Source of the DNA: Vulcanimicrobiota bacterium
GTDB taxonomy: Bacteria > Vulcanimicrobiota > Vulcanimicrobiia > Vulcanimicrobiales > Vulcanimicrobiaceae
Direction of reading: 5' to 3'
Assembly: GCA_003133025.1 (NCBI GenBank)
Contig: PKZK01000216.1
Location: 1-23,610, forward strand
Length of the DNA stretch: 23,610 bases
The number at the start of each line of letters is the position of its first letter. Within the stretch, counting starts at the first letter, position 1. Under the pieces are notes generated by a model. That model worked only from the letters and a program-made list of their open reading frames with translations, ran no database searches and was not told where the DNA came from. A program made the translations under genes and the position numbers. Of the stretch, positions 14,765 through 23,610 are shown in pieces.

Positions 14765-15970
14765 GTGAGCACCGCGCTTCGGCCAGCCCCCGCCCAACCG
14801 CTCGATTTCCTGGATCTCGATAGCCAACTCAGCAGCGACGAGCGGCTCATCCGCGATACCGTGCGCGACTTCGTGGCGCGCGAGATCAAGCCGTACATCG
14901 CGACGTGGTTCGACGAAGGCCGCTTTCCGCGCGAACTGATTCCGCAACTCGGCGAACTCGGGCTCTTGGGCATGCACCTCGAGGGCTACGGCTGCGCGGG
15001 CGCGAGCGCGGTTGCGTACGGTTTGGCCTGCACCGAACTCGAAGCGGCCGATTCCGGCTTGCGCTCGTTCGTGAGCGTTCAGGGGTCGCTCGCGATGTTC
15101 GCGATTCACGCGTTCGGCTCGGAAGAACAGAAGCGCGAATGGCTGCCGCGCATGGCGCGCGGCGAGGCCGTCGGCTGCTTCGGCTTGACGGAATGGGATT
15201 ACGGCAGCGATCCGGGCGGGATGCGTACGGTCGCGCGCCGCGACGGTAGCGATTACGTGATCGACGGTTCGAAGGCGTGGATCACCAACGGCGGGATCGC
15301 CGACGTGGCCATCGTGTGGGCGCGCACCGATCCCGACGACGGACCGCGCAGCGGCACCATCCGCGGCTTCGTCGTGCCCACCGCAGCCAAGGGGTTCAAG
15401 GCGAACAGCATCGAGCGCAAGATCTCATTGCGCGCCTCGATCACCTCGGAACTCGTGCTCGAAGGCGTGCGCGTGCCTGCCTCGGCGATGTTGCCCGAGG
15501 TCAAAGGTTTGCGTGGCCCGCTCTCGTGCTTGAGCGAGGCCCGCTACGGTATCGTGTGGGGCGCGCTCGGAGCGGCGCGCACGTGTTACGAGGCCGCGCT
15601 CGATTACGCGAAGACGCGCGTGCAATTCGGCAAGCCGATCGGCGCGTTCCAGTTGACCCAACAAAAACTCGTCGACATGATGCTCGAACTCCAGAAGGGC
15701 CAACTCGTGGCGCTGCGCTTGGGCCGGATGAAAGACGAAGGCACGATCACGCCGCAGCACGTGAGCTTCGGCAAGCTCAACAACGTGCGCGAGGCATTGG
15801 CGATCTGCCGCGAGGCGCGCACGATTTTGGGCGCGAGCGGCATCACGCTCGAGTACCCCGTGATCAGGCACATGAACAACCTGGAGTCGGTGCTGACCTA
15901 CGAGGGCACGAGCGAGATCCACACGCTCATCTTGGGCCAAGCGCTGACGGGCATCGCCGCCTACGATTAG
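14765..15970 (+). CDS. Acyl-CoA dehydrogenase, glutaryl-CoA dehydrogenase-like
   Basis: DSGLRSFVSVQGSL, GCFGLTE...GSDP, GSKAWITNG, R.QFGKPI..FQL.Q.KL, NNVREAL and HMNNLESVLTYEGT (GcdH-type catalytic Glu context). Confidence 0.92.
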   Translation: MSTALRPAPAQPLDFLDLDSQLSSDERLIRDTVRDFVAREIKPYIATWFDEGRFPRELIPQLGELGLLGMHLEGYGCAGASAVAYGLACTELEAADSGLRSFVSVQGSLAMFAIHAFGSEEQKREWLPRMARGEAVGCFGLTEWDYGSDPGGMRTVARRDGSDYVIDGSKAWITNGGIADVAIVWARTDPDDGPRSGTIRGFVVPTAAKGFKANSIERKISLRASITSELVLEGVRVPASAMLPEVKGLRGPLSCLSEARYGIVWGALGAARTCYEAALDYAKTRVQFGKPIGAFQLTQQKLVDMMLELQKGQLVALRLGRMKDEGTITPQHVSFGKLNNVREALAICREARTILGASGITLEYPVIRHMNNLESVLTYEGTSEIHTLILGQALTGIAAYD

Positions 15971-15983
15971 CCCCTAGTGTGCC

Positions 15984-17075
15984 CTAGCGGGCGGCGAGCG
16001 CTCGCGGCGACGGCTTGGCCCGGCGGTACTGCGCCGGCCACTCGACGTCGACGCCGAGTTCGCCCGCGGCGCGCAGCGGCCAGTAGGGATCGCGCAACAG
16101 CTCGCGGGCGAGGAGCACGAGATCGGCTTTGCCTTCGCGGACGATCGCGTCGGCTTGATGCGCCTCGGTGATCATGCCGACGGCGCCCGTCGCGATGCCG
16201 GCGTCGCGCCGGATGCGCTCGGCGAACGGGACCTGAAAGCCGGGCCCCACGTCGATTTTCGCGTAGGGCACGGCGCCGCCCGACGATGCGTCGACCAGGT
16301 CGACGCCGAGGGTCTTGAAGATGCGCGCGAGTTCCACCGATTGCTCGAGGTCCCAGCCGCCCTCGGCCCAGTCGGTGGCGGAGATGCGGGCGAAGAGGGG
16401 CAGGCGCTCGGGCCAGACCGCACGGACGGCACTCACGACTTCACGCGCGAAGCGCGTGCGGTTCTCGAACGAGCCGCCGTACGCGTCGTCACGCGTGTTG
16501 GAGAGCGGCGAAAGAAATTCGTGGATCAGATAGCCGTGCGCTCCGTGGAGTTCGACGACTTCACATCCGGCGGCGAGCGAGCGTTCAGCCGCCCGCGCGA
16601 AGGCCTGCACGAGGCCGCCGATCTCGTCGACGCTCAGCGCCTTCGGCACGATCGATTCGTCGCTGAACGCGATGGCGCTCGGCGCGTAGATCGGGCTCCA
16701 GCCGCCGTTTTCGGGGAGCACCGCGCCCCCGCCGAGCCACGGTGGCGCCGTGCTGGCCTTACGGCCCGCATGGGCCAACTGCGTGCCCGCGACCGCGCCG
16801 TTGCCTTTGACGAAGGCCACGATCTCGGCCAACTTCTCGACGTGCTCGTCCTTCCAAATCCCGAGGTCTTGCGGACTGATCCGGCCGTCGGCCGTGACCG
16901 CGATCGCCTCGGTGAGGACCAGTCCCGCGCCCCCGACGGCGCGGCTGCCCAGGTGCACCAGGTGCCACTGATTGGCGAAGCCGTCGTGGCTGGAGTACTC
17001 GCACATCGGCGAAACGGCGATGCGGTTGCGCAGGGTGATATCGCGAAGCTTGAGGGGCTCGAAGAGATGGCTCAT
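15984..17075 (-). CDS. NADH:flavin oxidoreductase / old yellow enzyme (YqjM/NamA-like)
   Basis: RNRIAVSPMCEYS (YqjM-type Cys), QLAHAGRKAS, ELHGAHGYLIHEFLSP, YGGSFENR and LLRDPYWP. Confidence 0.93.
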   Translation of the reverse strand: MSHLFEPLKLRDITLRNRIAVSPMCEYSSHDGFANQWHLVHLGSRAVGGAGLVLTEAIAVTADGRISPQDLGIWKDEHVEKLAEIVAFVKGNGAVAGTQLAHAGRKASTAPPWLGGGAVLPENGGWSPIYAPSAIAFSDESIVPKALSVDEIGGLVQAFARAAERSLAAGCEVVELHGAHGYLIHEFLSPLSNTRDDAYGGSFENRTRFAREVVSAVRAVWPERLPLFARISATDWAEGGWDLEQSVELARIFKTLGVDLVDASSGGAVPYAKIDVGPGFQVPFAERIRRDAGIATGAVGMITEAHQADAIVREGKADLVLLARELLRDPYWPLRAAGELGVDVEWPAQYRRAKPSPRALAAR

Positions 17076-17104
17076 CGCTGGATTGGAAACGCAATCGGCG
17101 CGTG

Positions 17105-17152
17105 GGGTTTCGGCGGATAGCCGGGATTCGGCGGGTCGCGGGGATTCGTGCC
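17105..17152 (+). repeat. Three degenerate direct repeats with 18-nt period (core GGGWTTCG)
   Basis: GGGTTTCGGCGGATAGCC (17105), GGGATTCGGCGGGTCGCG (17123) and GGGATTCGTGCC (17141), in the divergent OYE/thiolase spacer. Confidence 0.6.
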
Positions 17153-17173
17153 GCCGTGCGGAAGCGCGCGGGG

Positions 17174-18355
17174 ATGAACGATATCTTCACCCCACGAGAA
17201 GCTGTCGTCGTGGAGGCAGTGCGCACGCCGGTCGGGAGGCGCAACGGAGCGCTCGCGGGGTGGCATCCGGTCGATCTGTTGGGGCTCACGCTCAAGGAAT
17301 TGGTGTCGCGGGCGGGCATCGATCCGGCGCTCGTCGACGACGTGATCGCGGGCTGCGTGACCGAAGTGGGCGAGCAGGGTTGGAACGTGGCCAGAAATGC
17401 CGCGCTGGCCGCCGGTTTTCCGGAAAGCGTGCCCGGCACGACGATCGACCGGCAGTGCGGTTCGTCGCAACAGTCCGCGCATTTCGCCGCGCAGGGCATC
17501 GTTTCGGGCGCGTACGATATCGCAATCGCCTGCGGCGTCGAGTCGATGACGCGCGTGCCGATGGGCGCCAACGCGCAAGGTCCCGGTAAACCGTTCGGGC
17601 CGATGATGGAAGCGCGCTACCACGGCGGGCTCGTCGGCCAGGGCATCAGTGCCGAGATGATCGCCGAGCGCTGGTCGCTTTCGCGCGCGGACCTCGATGC
17701 GTATAGCTTGCAGAGTCATCAGCGTGCTGCTGCCGCGCAAGACGCCGGCTATTTCGAAAAGCAGACGACGGCCGTGCCGGTGGTGCGGGACGGCGAGGTC
17801 GCGAGCGTATTCGCTCACGACGAGGGCGTGCGACGCGACACGACGCTCGAGAAACTCGGGGGTCTCAAGACGGCGTTCAAGAGTGACGGCGTCGTGACGG
17901 CAGGCAATGCGTCGCAAATTAGCGACGGCGCGGCCGCGCTGCTGATCGTGGAAGCCGGCGTCGCGAAGCGACTCGGCCTACGCGCTAAGGCGCGCTTCGC
18001 CGGCTTCGCGGTGTCCGGCGACGATCCGATTCTCATGTTGACCGCGCCCATTCCCGCGACGAAGCGCATCCTCGAGCGCACCGGCGTCAAACTCGACGAC
18101 ATCGAGCGCATCGAACTCAACGAAGCCTTCGCTGCCGTCGTGCTGGCCTGGCAGAAGGAGACGGGCGCCGATCTTTCCCGCGTCAACGTCAACGGCGGCG
18201 CGATCGCATTAGGCCATCCGCTCGGCGCGAGCGGCGCGCGCATCATGACCGATCTCGTGTTCGATCTAGAGCGCAGCGGTTCGCGCTACGGTCTGCAACT
18301 CATGTGCGAGGGCGGCGGCATGGCCAACGCCACGCTGCTCGAGCGCATCGAGTAA
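17174..18355 (+). CDS. Acetyl-CoA C-acyltransferase (thiolase)
   Basis: RTPVG, catalytic Cys in RQCGSS, GVESM, TAGNASQISDGAAA, ELNEAF, GHPLGASG and MCEGGG. Start ATG 17174. Confidence 0.95.
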   Translation: MNDIFTPREAVVVEAVRTPVGRRNGALAGWHPVDLLGLTLKELVSRAGIDPALVDDVIAGCVTEVGEQGWNVARNAALAAGFPESVPGTTIDRQCGSSQQSAHFAAQGIVSGAYDIAIACGVESMTRVPMGANAQGPGKPFGPMMEARYHGGLVGQGISAEMIAERWSLSRADLDAYSLQSHQRAAAAQDAGYFEKQTTAVPVVRDGEVASVFAHDEGVRRDTTLEKLGGLKTAFKSDGVVTAGNASQISDGAAALLIVEAGVAKRLGLRAKARFAGFAVSGDDPILMLTAPIPATKRILERTGVKLDDIERIELNEAFAAVVLAWQKETGADLSRVNVNGGAIALGHPLGASGARIMTDLVFDLERSGSRYGLQLMCEGGGMANATLLERIE

Positions 18356-18376
18356 TCGGGCCGCTACGTCGTTGAC

Positions 18377-19294
18377 CTAACGCTTAAACGAACTGAGCAC
18401 TTCGCCGAGGACCGACAGGTCTTGCTTGGCGTAGCCGGCTTCCATCGTGAGGCGCATCAATTGGTGGTTGAGCGCGGCTTGCGGGACGAAGCGGGTAAGG
18501 CTGCGCGCGAGTTCTTCGACCAAATGGAGGTCTTTGGCCATCCACTCGGTTGCAAAGCCCGGCTTCCAGTTGTTGGAGGCGGGCGCGTTTGGCTGTACCC
18601 CGGCCACGGGCACGCGTCCGCGCACCGCTGTGCAGTCGGCCGTGCTGACCGAGAAGATCTCGGTTGCCAGCGCGGCGTCGATACCCGCATCGCCGAGCAG
18701 CGTGTACGCTTCGGACACGGCGACGACTTGCGCGGCGAAGATCATCTGGTTGCAGAGCTTCACCGTCTGGCCGGCGCCTGGGCCGCCGACGTGAAAGAGA
18801 TTCTTGCCCACGGCTTGGAGCGCCGGGCGCGCGCGCTCGAGGACGGCCGCGTCGCCGCCGATCATCAGCGTCAGCGTACCGTTGGTCGCGCCGATCGTGC
18901 CGCCGGAGAGCGGCGCTTCGAGGAAGTCGACGCCGTGCTCGGCGCACAGCGCCGAGAAGCCGCGCGACGCTTGCGGGTCGATCGTGGAGCAGTCGATCAC
19001 GATGGAGCCGCGTGCCGCGCCGGCGAGCACGCCGTCGGGGCGCGTCAGGATGTCGTGCACCTCGGGCGATGAGGGCAGGCAGAGCAGCGTAACGTCGGCC
19101 GCCGCCGCAGCGTTCGCGGGGGTGTCCGCCGCGGAAGCGCCGAGTTCGACGACGCTCGCGGCGGTCGCCGCGGTACGATTCCAGACGGTCAGCGGGAAAC
19201 CGGCGCGTGCGAGGTTCTTGGCCATGGGCAGCCCCATGGCGCCCAGCCCGACGAACGCAACGCGCAAGGAAGAACCTCTTGGAGAATCAGCCAT
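18377..19294 (-). CDS. 3-hydroxyisobutyrate dehydrogenase family NAD(P)-dependent oxidoreductase (MmsB-like)
   Basis: FVGLGAMGLPMA, DCST, APLSGG, catalytic KLCNQ and MmsB-like PVAG...PAS..WKPGF....KDL. Start is ATG 19294 or TTG 19267 (the latter has AAGAGG upstream). Confidence 0.9.
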   Translation of the reverse strand: MADSPRGSSLRVAFVGLGAMGLPMAKNLARAGFPLTVWNRTAATAASVVELGASAADTPANAAAAADVTLLCLPSSPEVHDILTRPDGVLAGAARGSIVIDCSTIDPQASRGFSALCAEHGVDFLEAPLSGGTIGATNGTLTLMIGGDAAVLERARPALQAVGKNLFHVGGPGAGQTVKLCNQMIFAAQVVAVSEAYTLLGDAGIDAALATEIFSVSTADCTAVRGRVPVAGVQPNAPASNNWKPGFATEWMAKDLHLVEELARSLTRFVPQAALNHQLMRLTMEAGYAKQDLSVLGEVLSSFKR

Positions 19295-19334
19295 CACGTA
19301 GTGGGACGCGCCCACCCGTCGCGAAGTTTCGCTC

Positions 19335-19748
19335 GTGAAGACCTACACCGACTACCTGACCATCACCACGCCGACCCGCTACGAGATCCGCGACATTACC
19401 GACGAGGTGGCCGCGATCGTGAAGGCGTCGGGCGTGCGCGACGGGCTCGTGCTGGTCAGCGCGATGCACATCACCGCCAGCATCTTCGTCAACGACCGCG
19501 AATCGGGACTGTGGAACGACATCATGCGCTGGCTCGAGGATCTCGCGCCCGCGAAGCCCGAGTACGAGCATCATCGCACTGGCGAAGACAACGCCGACGC
19601 GCATTTGAAACGGATGCTGCTTGGCCATCAGGTGACGATGCCGATCACGAACGGCAAACTCGACGTCGGGCCGTGGGAGCGGGTGCACTACGGCGAGTTC
19701 GACGGCCGCCGTCCCAAGCGGATCGTAATCAAGGTCATGGGCGTGTAG
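19335..19748 (+). CDS. yjbQ: YjbQ/UPF0047 family protein (secondary thiamine-phosphate synthase)
   Basis: [43 protein letters not shown]. Confidence 0.93.
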   Translation: MKTYTDYLTITTPTRYEIRDITDEVAAIVKASGVRDGLVLVSAMHITASIFVNDRESGLWNDIMRWLEDLAPAKPEYEHHRTGEDNADAHLKRMLLGHQVTMPITNGKLDVGPWERVHYGEFDGRRPKRIVIKVMGV

Positions 19749-21381
19749 CCGACGGAGCCAACGCGTAGAGCCCGAGATCGAGACGCCCATTATCCTCGAG
19801 TTTGCGCGCCGCGGCGCCTCGCCGGCGCAACTCATCGATCGCAGGGTCGGGCCGCATCTCGAAGCTCATGACGAGCGGTACGCGCTGCATGCGACTCGCG
19901 AGCGGCTCGTGACTCATCTGCTCGGAGGAGAGGATGGCGTAGGGGTGCGCCGCGCTGCGTAAGGCGTCGTCGTCGAGATGCTGATGCAGCTGGAACGACA
20001 TGGTTGGCGTGGAGTACGGTTCGAGCACCAGAATGTCGTCGGCGTCGGCGAGGTAGACGATCGTCGCGTCGCCGGCCTGGCGAAGGCGATCGGCTATGGC
20101 GGGCATCGCGCGCATGCTTTGCTGACCCGTAACCCACCACGTCCGAGCTTGCGATGAAACCGCGCACGAGAGCACGCCGCAGGCGAGCAGCACGCAAAGG
20201 CCCGCACGTCCTGCGAGGAGGCCGATGCCGCGAGCATTGCGCAAGGCGCTCCATAGGCCGCCGGCCGTGCCGATCTCGATGGCGAGTAGGGTCGTGGTGA
20301 GATAACGGCTTTGGAGCGCTCGCGTTTCGTGCTTGAGGACGTCCGGTATCAGGAGTGCCAAGAGGGGGATCGCGCCGATCAAGACCGGGAGCAGCCAAAC
20401 GCGCGGCGGCGATTCGCGAAAAAACGCGACGCATGCGACGAGCGCGATCGCGAGGGCGAGCAGAACGACGGGCAGCCAGGCGAGGCTGATGTAATCGAGG
20501 TCGAAGAAAGCCGAGCCGATGTTGAAGAGCCACTTGCCCGCATAGAGCGGCGCGCTGAGCGACGTAGCCTGCCAGGCGGTATCGTTGACGGCAACGCCGG
20601 CGTTCTTCGCGAGATTGACGAGCCAAGGTACGAAGGTCAGCACGCCGACCACCAGGGCAACGATGGCGCTCAAGCGCCGAGGGAAAGGGGCGCCGGATAC
20701 GGGCAGGACCGCATAGAGACCCTGCGCGGCGACCACCACCAAAAAGAGCGTGAAGCCCCAACAGCCGAGCGCGACGCTCAGCGCATAGCCGCCGAGCAGC
20801 AGCCGGTTCCCCGTACGCACTGCCGCGAGCAGCAGCGCGCTCGACGCACAGGTCGCGAGTAGGAAGAAGCTATACTCCCGCGCCTCTTGTGAGAAAGCCA
20901 CGTGGAATGGCGAGACCGCAACGAGTGCGGCTAGAATCCACGCGGGCGCTGCGTCGCCAAAGAGTTCGCGGCCGAACCACCACGCGGCCCACACCGCGAG
21001 CAGCCCGAAGATAAGCCCGGGAAGGCGCCGGAAGAAGATGGAGTCTCCGGTGATTCGCTCCGACGCGAAGGTGGCCAAGAAGAAGAGCGGCGGATGCTGC
21101 GGATCTTCGCTTGCGAGCGAATGCCAGATATCGCTCGGCTTCGTTTCGGCCGTCGGAACAGCGAACTCGGCGAGTTCGCTGACGCGGTGCAGTTTGCCGT
21201 CGAGAATGACGTGTGAAACTTGCTTGACCGTATGGCCCGAGATGCGGATCGACGAGTTGGTCTCGTCGGGATTATAGAGTTTCCAATCCGCATGATAGAT
21301 CCGGAAAAACACGCCCAAAGCAAGCGCGACCAGCAACATGCCGAACACGATTCGCCCGAGGGGCGCGGGCGCGGACCTCAC
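19735..21381 (-). CDS. GT39/PMT-ArnT-like GT-C membrane glycosyltransferase
   Basis: DE motif after the first TM (YNPDE), [25 protein letters not shown], many TM helices and RY motif. GTG start overlaps the aroA stop (GTGA). Confidence 0.85.
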   Translation of the reverse strand: MRSAPAPLGRIVFGMLLVALALGVFFRIYHADWKLYNPDETNSSIRISGHTVKQVSHVILDGKLHRVSELAEFAVPTAETKPSDIWHSLASEDPQHPPLFFLATFASERITGDSIFFRRLPGLIFGLLAVWAAWWFGRELFGDAAPAWILAALVAVSPFHVAFSQEAREYSFFLLATCASSALLLAAVRTGNRLLLGGYALSVALGCWGFTLFLVVVAAQGLYAVLPVSGAPFPRRLSAIVALVVGVLTFVPWLVNLAKNAGVAVNDTAWQATSLSAPLYAGKWLFNIGSAFFDLDYISLAWLPVVLLALAIALVACVAFFRESPPRVWLLPVLIGAIPLLALLIPDVLKHETRALQSRYLTTTLLAIEIGTAGGLWSALRNARGIGLLAGRAGLCVLLACGVLSCAVSSQARTWWVTGQQSMRAMPAIADRLRQAGDATIVYLADADDILVLEPYSTPTMSFQLHQHLDDDALRSAAHPYAILSSEQMSHEPLASRMQRVPLVMSFEMRPDPAIDELRRRGAAARKLEDNGRLDLGLYALAPSATRP

Positions 21382-22646
21382 GCGCGCTGCGTGCCCGACC
21401 AGAGTTCGGCGAAGCCGGGAAAGCTGATATCGATGCAGGCGCCGTCGTCGATGCCGTGATCGCCGAGCGGTGCGGCGAGCGCGGCAACGGCCATCGCGAT
21501 GCGGTGGTCGTCGAAGGCGTGTAAGGTGCGACCGGGCACATGCGCCGTTCCGCCGGTGATGTCGAGTCCGTCGGGATGTTCGGCAACCTCCACGCCGCAG
21601 GCGCGCAGCGTCGCGGTGATCGTGGTGAGGCGATCGGATTCCTTACCGCGCAGGTCGGCCGCATCGCGAATGCGGGTCGTGCCCTCGGCATGCGCGGCGG
21701 CAACCGCGATGATCGTGACTTCGTCGATCGCGCGCACGACGGTTTCACCGTCGACGTTCGTCGCGCGCAACGGGCGGTATCGAACGCGGATGTCGGCAAC
21801 CGGTTCGCCATCGAGTTCGCGCTCGTCGAGCAGGGCGATGTCGGCTCCCATTGCTCGCAACACATCGATGAATCCCGTCCGCGTGCGGTTGACGCCAACC
21901 TCGCGCAAGAGCACGTCGCTGTCGGGCGTGATCGCGGCGGCAGTGATGAAGAAGGCCGCGCCGGAGAGATCCGCCGGCACGCGCACGGTTTGCGCCGAAA
22001 TGGAACCCGGAAGCAACGCGATGGTGCGGCCGTCGAAGCTGATGTCGCGGCCGAATCGGCGCAGCATGCGTTCGGTGTGATCGCGCGAGAAGCGATCGCC
22101 GGTGACGATCACCGGTCCACGCGCTTGCAAGTTGGCCAAGAGAATAGCCGACTTGACTTGCGCCGAGGCCACCTCGAGCTGGAATTCGCCGCCCAGAGGC
22201 TCGACGATACCGCGAACGCTCGAGGGCAGGCGGCCGCCGGTCGTATTTACGTCGGCGCCCATGGCGCGTAGCGGACGAGCCACGCGCTCCATCGGTCGTC
22301 TGCGCAGCGATGCGTCGCCGTCGAAGACCGCGTTGAGGCCATGCCCCGCGCAGAGGCCCATCATCAAACGCGCGGTCGTGCCGGAGTTGCGCGCGTCGAG
22401 CGGACCGGCCGGATCGTGAAGCGCACCGCCGCGCACGTCGATCGTGGTGTCGCGATCGTCGACGACGGCGCCGAGTGCGACGATCGCGTCGCGGGTGGCC
22501 ATCACGTCGGCGCCGCGATTGGGTTGCTCAACCCGCGAGGTTCCCGGAGCCAGAGCCGCCAGCATGAGCGCGCGATGTGAGATCGACTTGTCACCGGCGA
22601 CACGGACCTCGCCGCGCAGAGGTCCGCCGCGGAACACCAAAGGCAT
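21378..22646 (-). CDS. aroA: 3-phosphoshikimate 1-carboxyvinyltransferase (EPSP synthase, class II type)
   Basis: GDKSISHRA, NSGTTARL, GDASLRRRPM.RV, ASAQVKSA, SRDHTE, IDE, LRGKESDR and DHRIAM. Confidence 0.97.
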   Translation of the reverse strand: MPLVFRGGPLRGEVRVAGDKSISHRALMLAALAPGTSRVEQPNRGADVMATRDAIVALGAVVDDRDTTIDVRGGALHDPAGPLDARNSGTTARLMMGLCAGHGLNAVFDGDASLRRRPMERVARPLRAMGADVNTTGGRLPSSVRGIVEPLGGEFQLEVASAQVKSAILLANLQARGPVIVTGDRFSRDHTERMLRRFGRDISFDGRTIALLPGSISAQTVRVPADLSGAAFFITAAAITPDSDVLLREVGVNRTRTGFIDVLRAMGADIALLDERELDGEPVADIRVRYRPLRATNVDGETVVRAIDEVTIIAVAAAHAEGTTRIRDAADLRGKESDRLTTITATLRACGVEVAEHPDGLDITGGTAHVPGRTLHAFDDHRIAMAVAALAAPLGDHGIDDGACIDISFPGFAELWSGTQRA

Positions 22647-22694
22647 CCCGCTGGCGTTCGCGGGGAGCGTTGAGGAGCCCCGCGCCAGGGCTGA

Positions 22695-23609
22695 TCAGCG
22701 CGGCGCCGGCGCCTCGACGGTTACGGCGTGCGCTGCGTTGCGTGCCGGCGCCGTAACAGCGCCGGTGAGCATGCCGATTCCGTAGGCCGCCTGAACGAGC
22801 GGGAAGTACAGCGTCGTGGCCAGGGTGATGACCAGCGGCTGGGCTGCGGGCCTGCGCGTCCAGACTGCGGCCATGTACGCAAGGATCGGCACGACGAGCC
22901 AGCGCCGTCGCGGGGACGCGGCGAGCGCACAGGCAGCGAGCACTGCGAGGGGCGGCGCGAGGTGGCGTAGCCGAACTGCTTTTGGATGGCGCTTCAGCGT
23001 TTGTGCGCGCCACCAGCCGTAACGATGCCATTGCATGAGCGCCGACCGGGCGCCGCGAGTGAGGATCTTGCGACTTTTCGCAGGGATGCAGAAAATACGG
23101 CCACCGGCTGCGCGGATGCGCTCGGCGAGTTCGGCATCCTCATTCGCTTGCCACGCCGTATCGTAGCCGCCGAGCCGCTGCAACGTTCCCGGCCGCCACG
23201 CGCCGAGATAGACCGACGAGACTTCGCGCACGCCGCCCGGCGAGCGATGATCGGCAGAGCCGAGGCCCATCGGGCTTTCGAAGAGAGCCGCGTGCAGTTG
23301 GTGTCCGAGCGAGCCGGGCGCAACGACATCGAACAGACCGCCTACGCACCACGCATCGTCGGGTAAATCAGCAAATGCGCGTAAGATTTCCTCGAGATAG
23401 TTTTCGGCGTACAAGGTGTGCGCGTCGAGGCGCACCACGTATTCGTCGGGACCGGCCCGTTTGATCGCGGCGTTGAGGGCGCCGGGGATGGAGGGTGTCG
23501 CTACGTCGAGCACCTCACCGTCGACTCCCGTCGTGCGCAGCCAAGCCCGCACTATGGCGCCGCTGCCGTCATTCGAGCCGTTGTCTACGGCGATGAGGCG
23601 GACGCGCTC
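22695..23609 (-). CDS. GT2 glycosyltransferase, ExoA-like (5' end beyond the window)
   Basis: Frame is open to the window edge (ERVRLIAVDNGSNDGS). Motifs ALNAAI, VVRLDAH..Y, SVYLGAW, GGYD...NEDAEL..RIR..GG, Q..RYG.WR, and C-terminal TM helices. Confidence 0.88.
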   Translation of the reverse strand, partial: ERVRLIAVDNGSNDGSGAIVRAWLRTTGVDGEVLDVATPSIPGALNAAIKRAGPDEYVVRLDAHTLYAENYLEEILRAFADLPDDAWCVGGLFDVVAPGSLGHQLHAALFESPMGLGSADHRSPGGVREVSSVYLGAWRPGTLQRLGGYDTAWQANEDAELAERIRAAGGRIFCIPAKSRKILTRGARSALMQWHRYGWWRAQTLKRHPKAVRLRHLAPPLAVLAACALAASPRRRWLVVPILAYMAAVWTRRPAAQPLVITLATTLYFPLVQAAYGIGMLTGAVTAPARNAAHAVTVEAPAPR

Positions 23610-23610
23610 G

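Noticed and set aside
17105..17152. CRISPR-like array
   Set aside because: The period is only 18 nt, the repeats are degenerate, there are no spacers of suitable length and there are no cas genes.

Overview
GC-rich bacterial chromosomal window. The gene content (orphan family-5 solute-binding lipoprotein, ZAS-type ECF pair, cruF/cruG-type genes, many genes without a Shine-Dalgarno site) suggests a soil Terrabacteria lineage such as Eremiobacterota; this is inference only. The window opens in the 3' part of a 5S rRNA gene followed by a terminator hairpin. About 24 tightly packed CDSs follow, in order: a beta-propeller protein; a membrane-anchored SnoaL/NTF2 protein; a PhyH/EctD-family dioxygenase; a coupled minus-strand operon (CruG-like GT2, CruF-like hydratase, acyltransferase, atypical Tag-like protein) facing a divergent alpha/beta hydrolase; a Zn alcohol dehydrogenase coupled to an OppA-like lipoprotein; a Gly/Pro/His-rich orphan; two paralogous MptA/MptB-like GT-C membrane glycosyltransferases flanking an ECF sigma/anti-sigma pair; a SRPBCC-like protein; an acyl-CoA catabolic group (GcdH-like ACAD, OYE, thiolase, MmsB-like); yjbQ; a GT39-like GT-C enzyme; aroA; and a partial ExoA-like GT2. 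No mobile element, tRNA or CRISPR array was seen. The most notable signals are (i) the GT-C / ECF / anti-sigma / GT-C cassette with a structured 200-nt spacer, (ii) a recurrent GAAnnT hexamer 6-7 nt before SD-less start codons, a candidate non-canonical leaderless -10 element, and (iii) a putative carotenoid glycoside-ester tailoring operon. All family calls come from motif recognition by eye; no searches were run.
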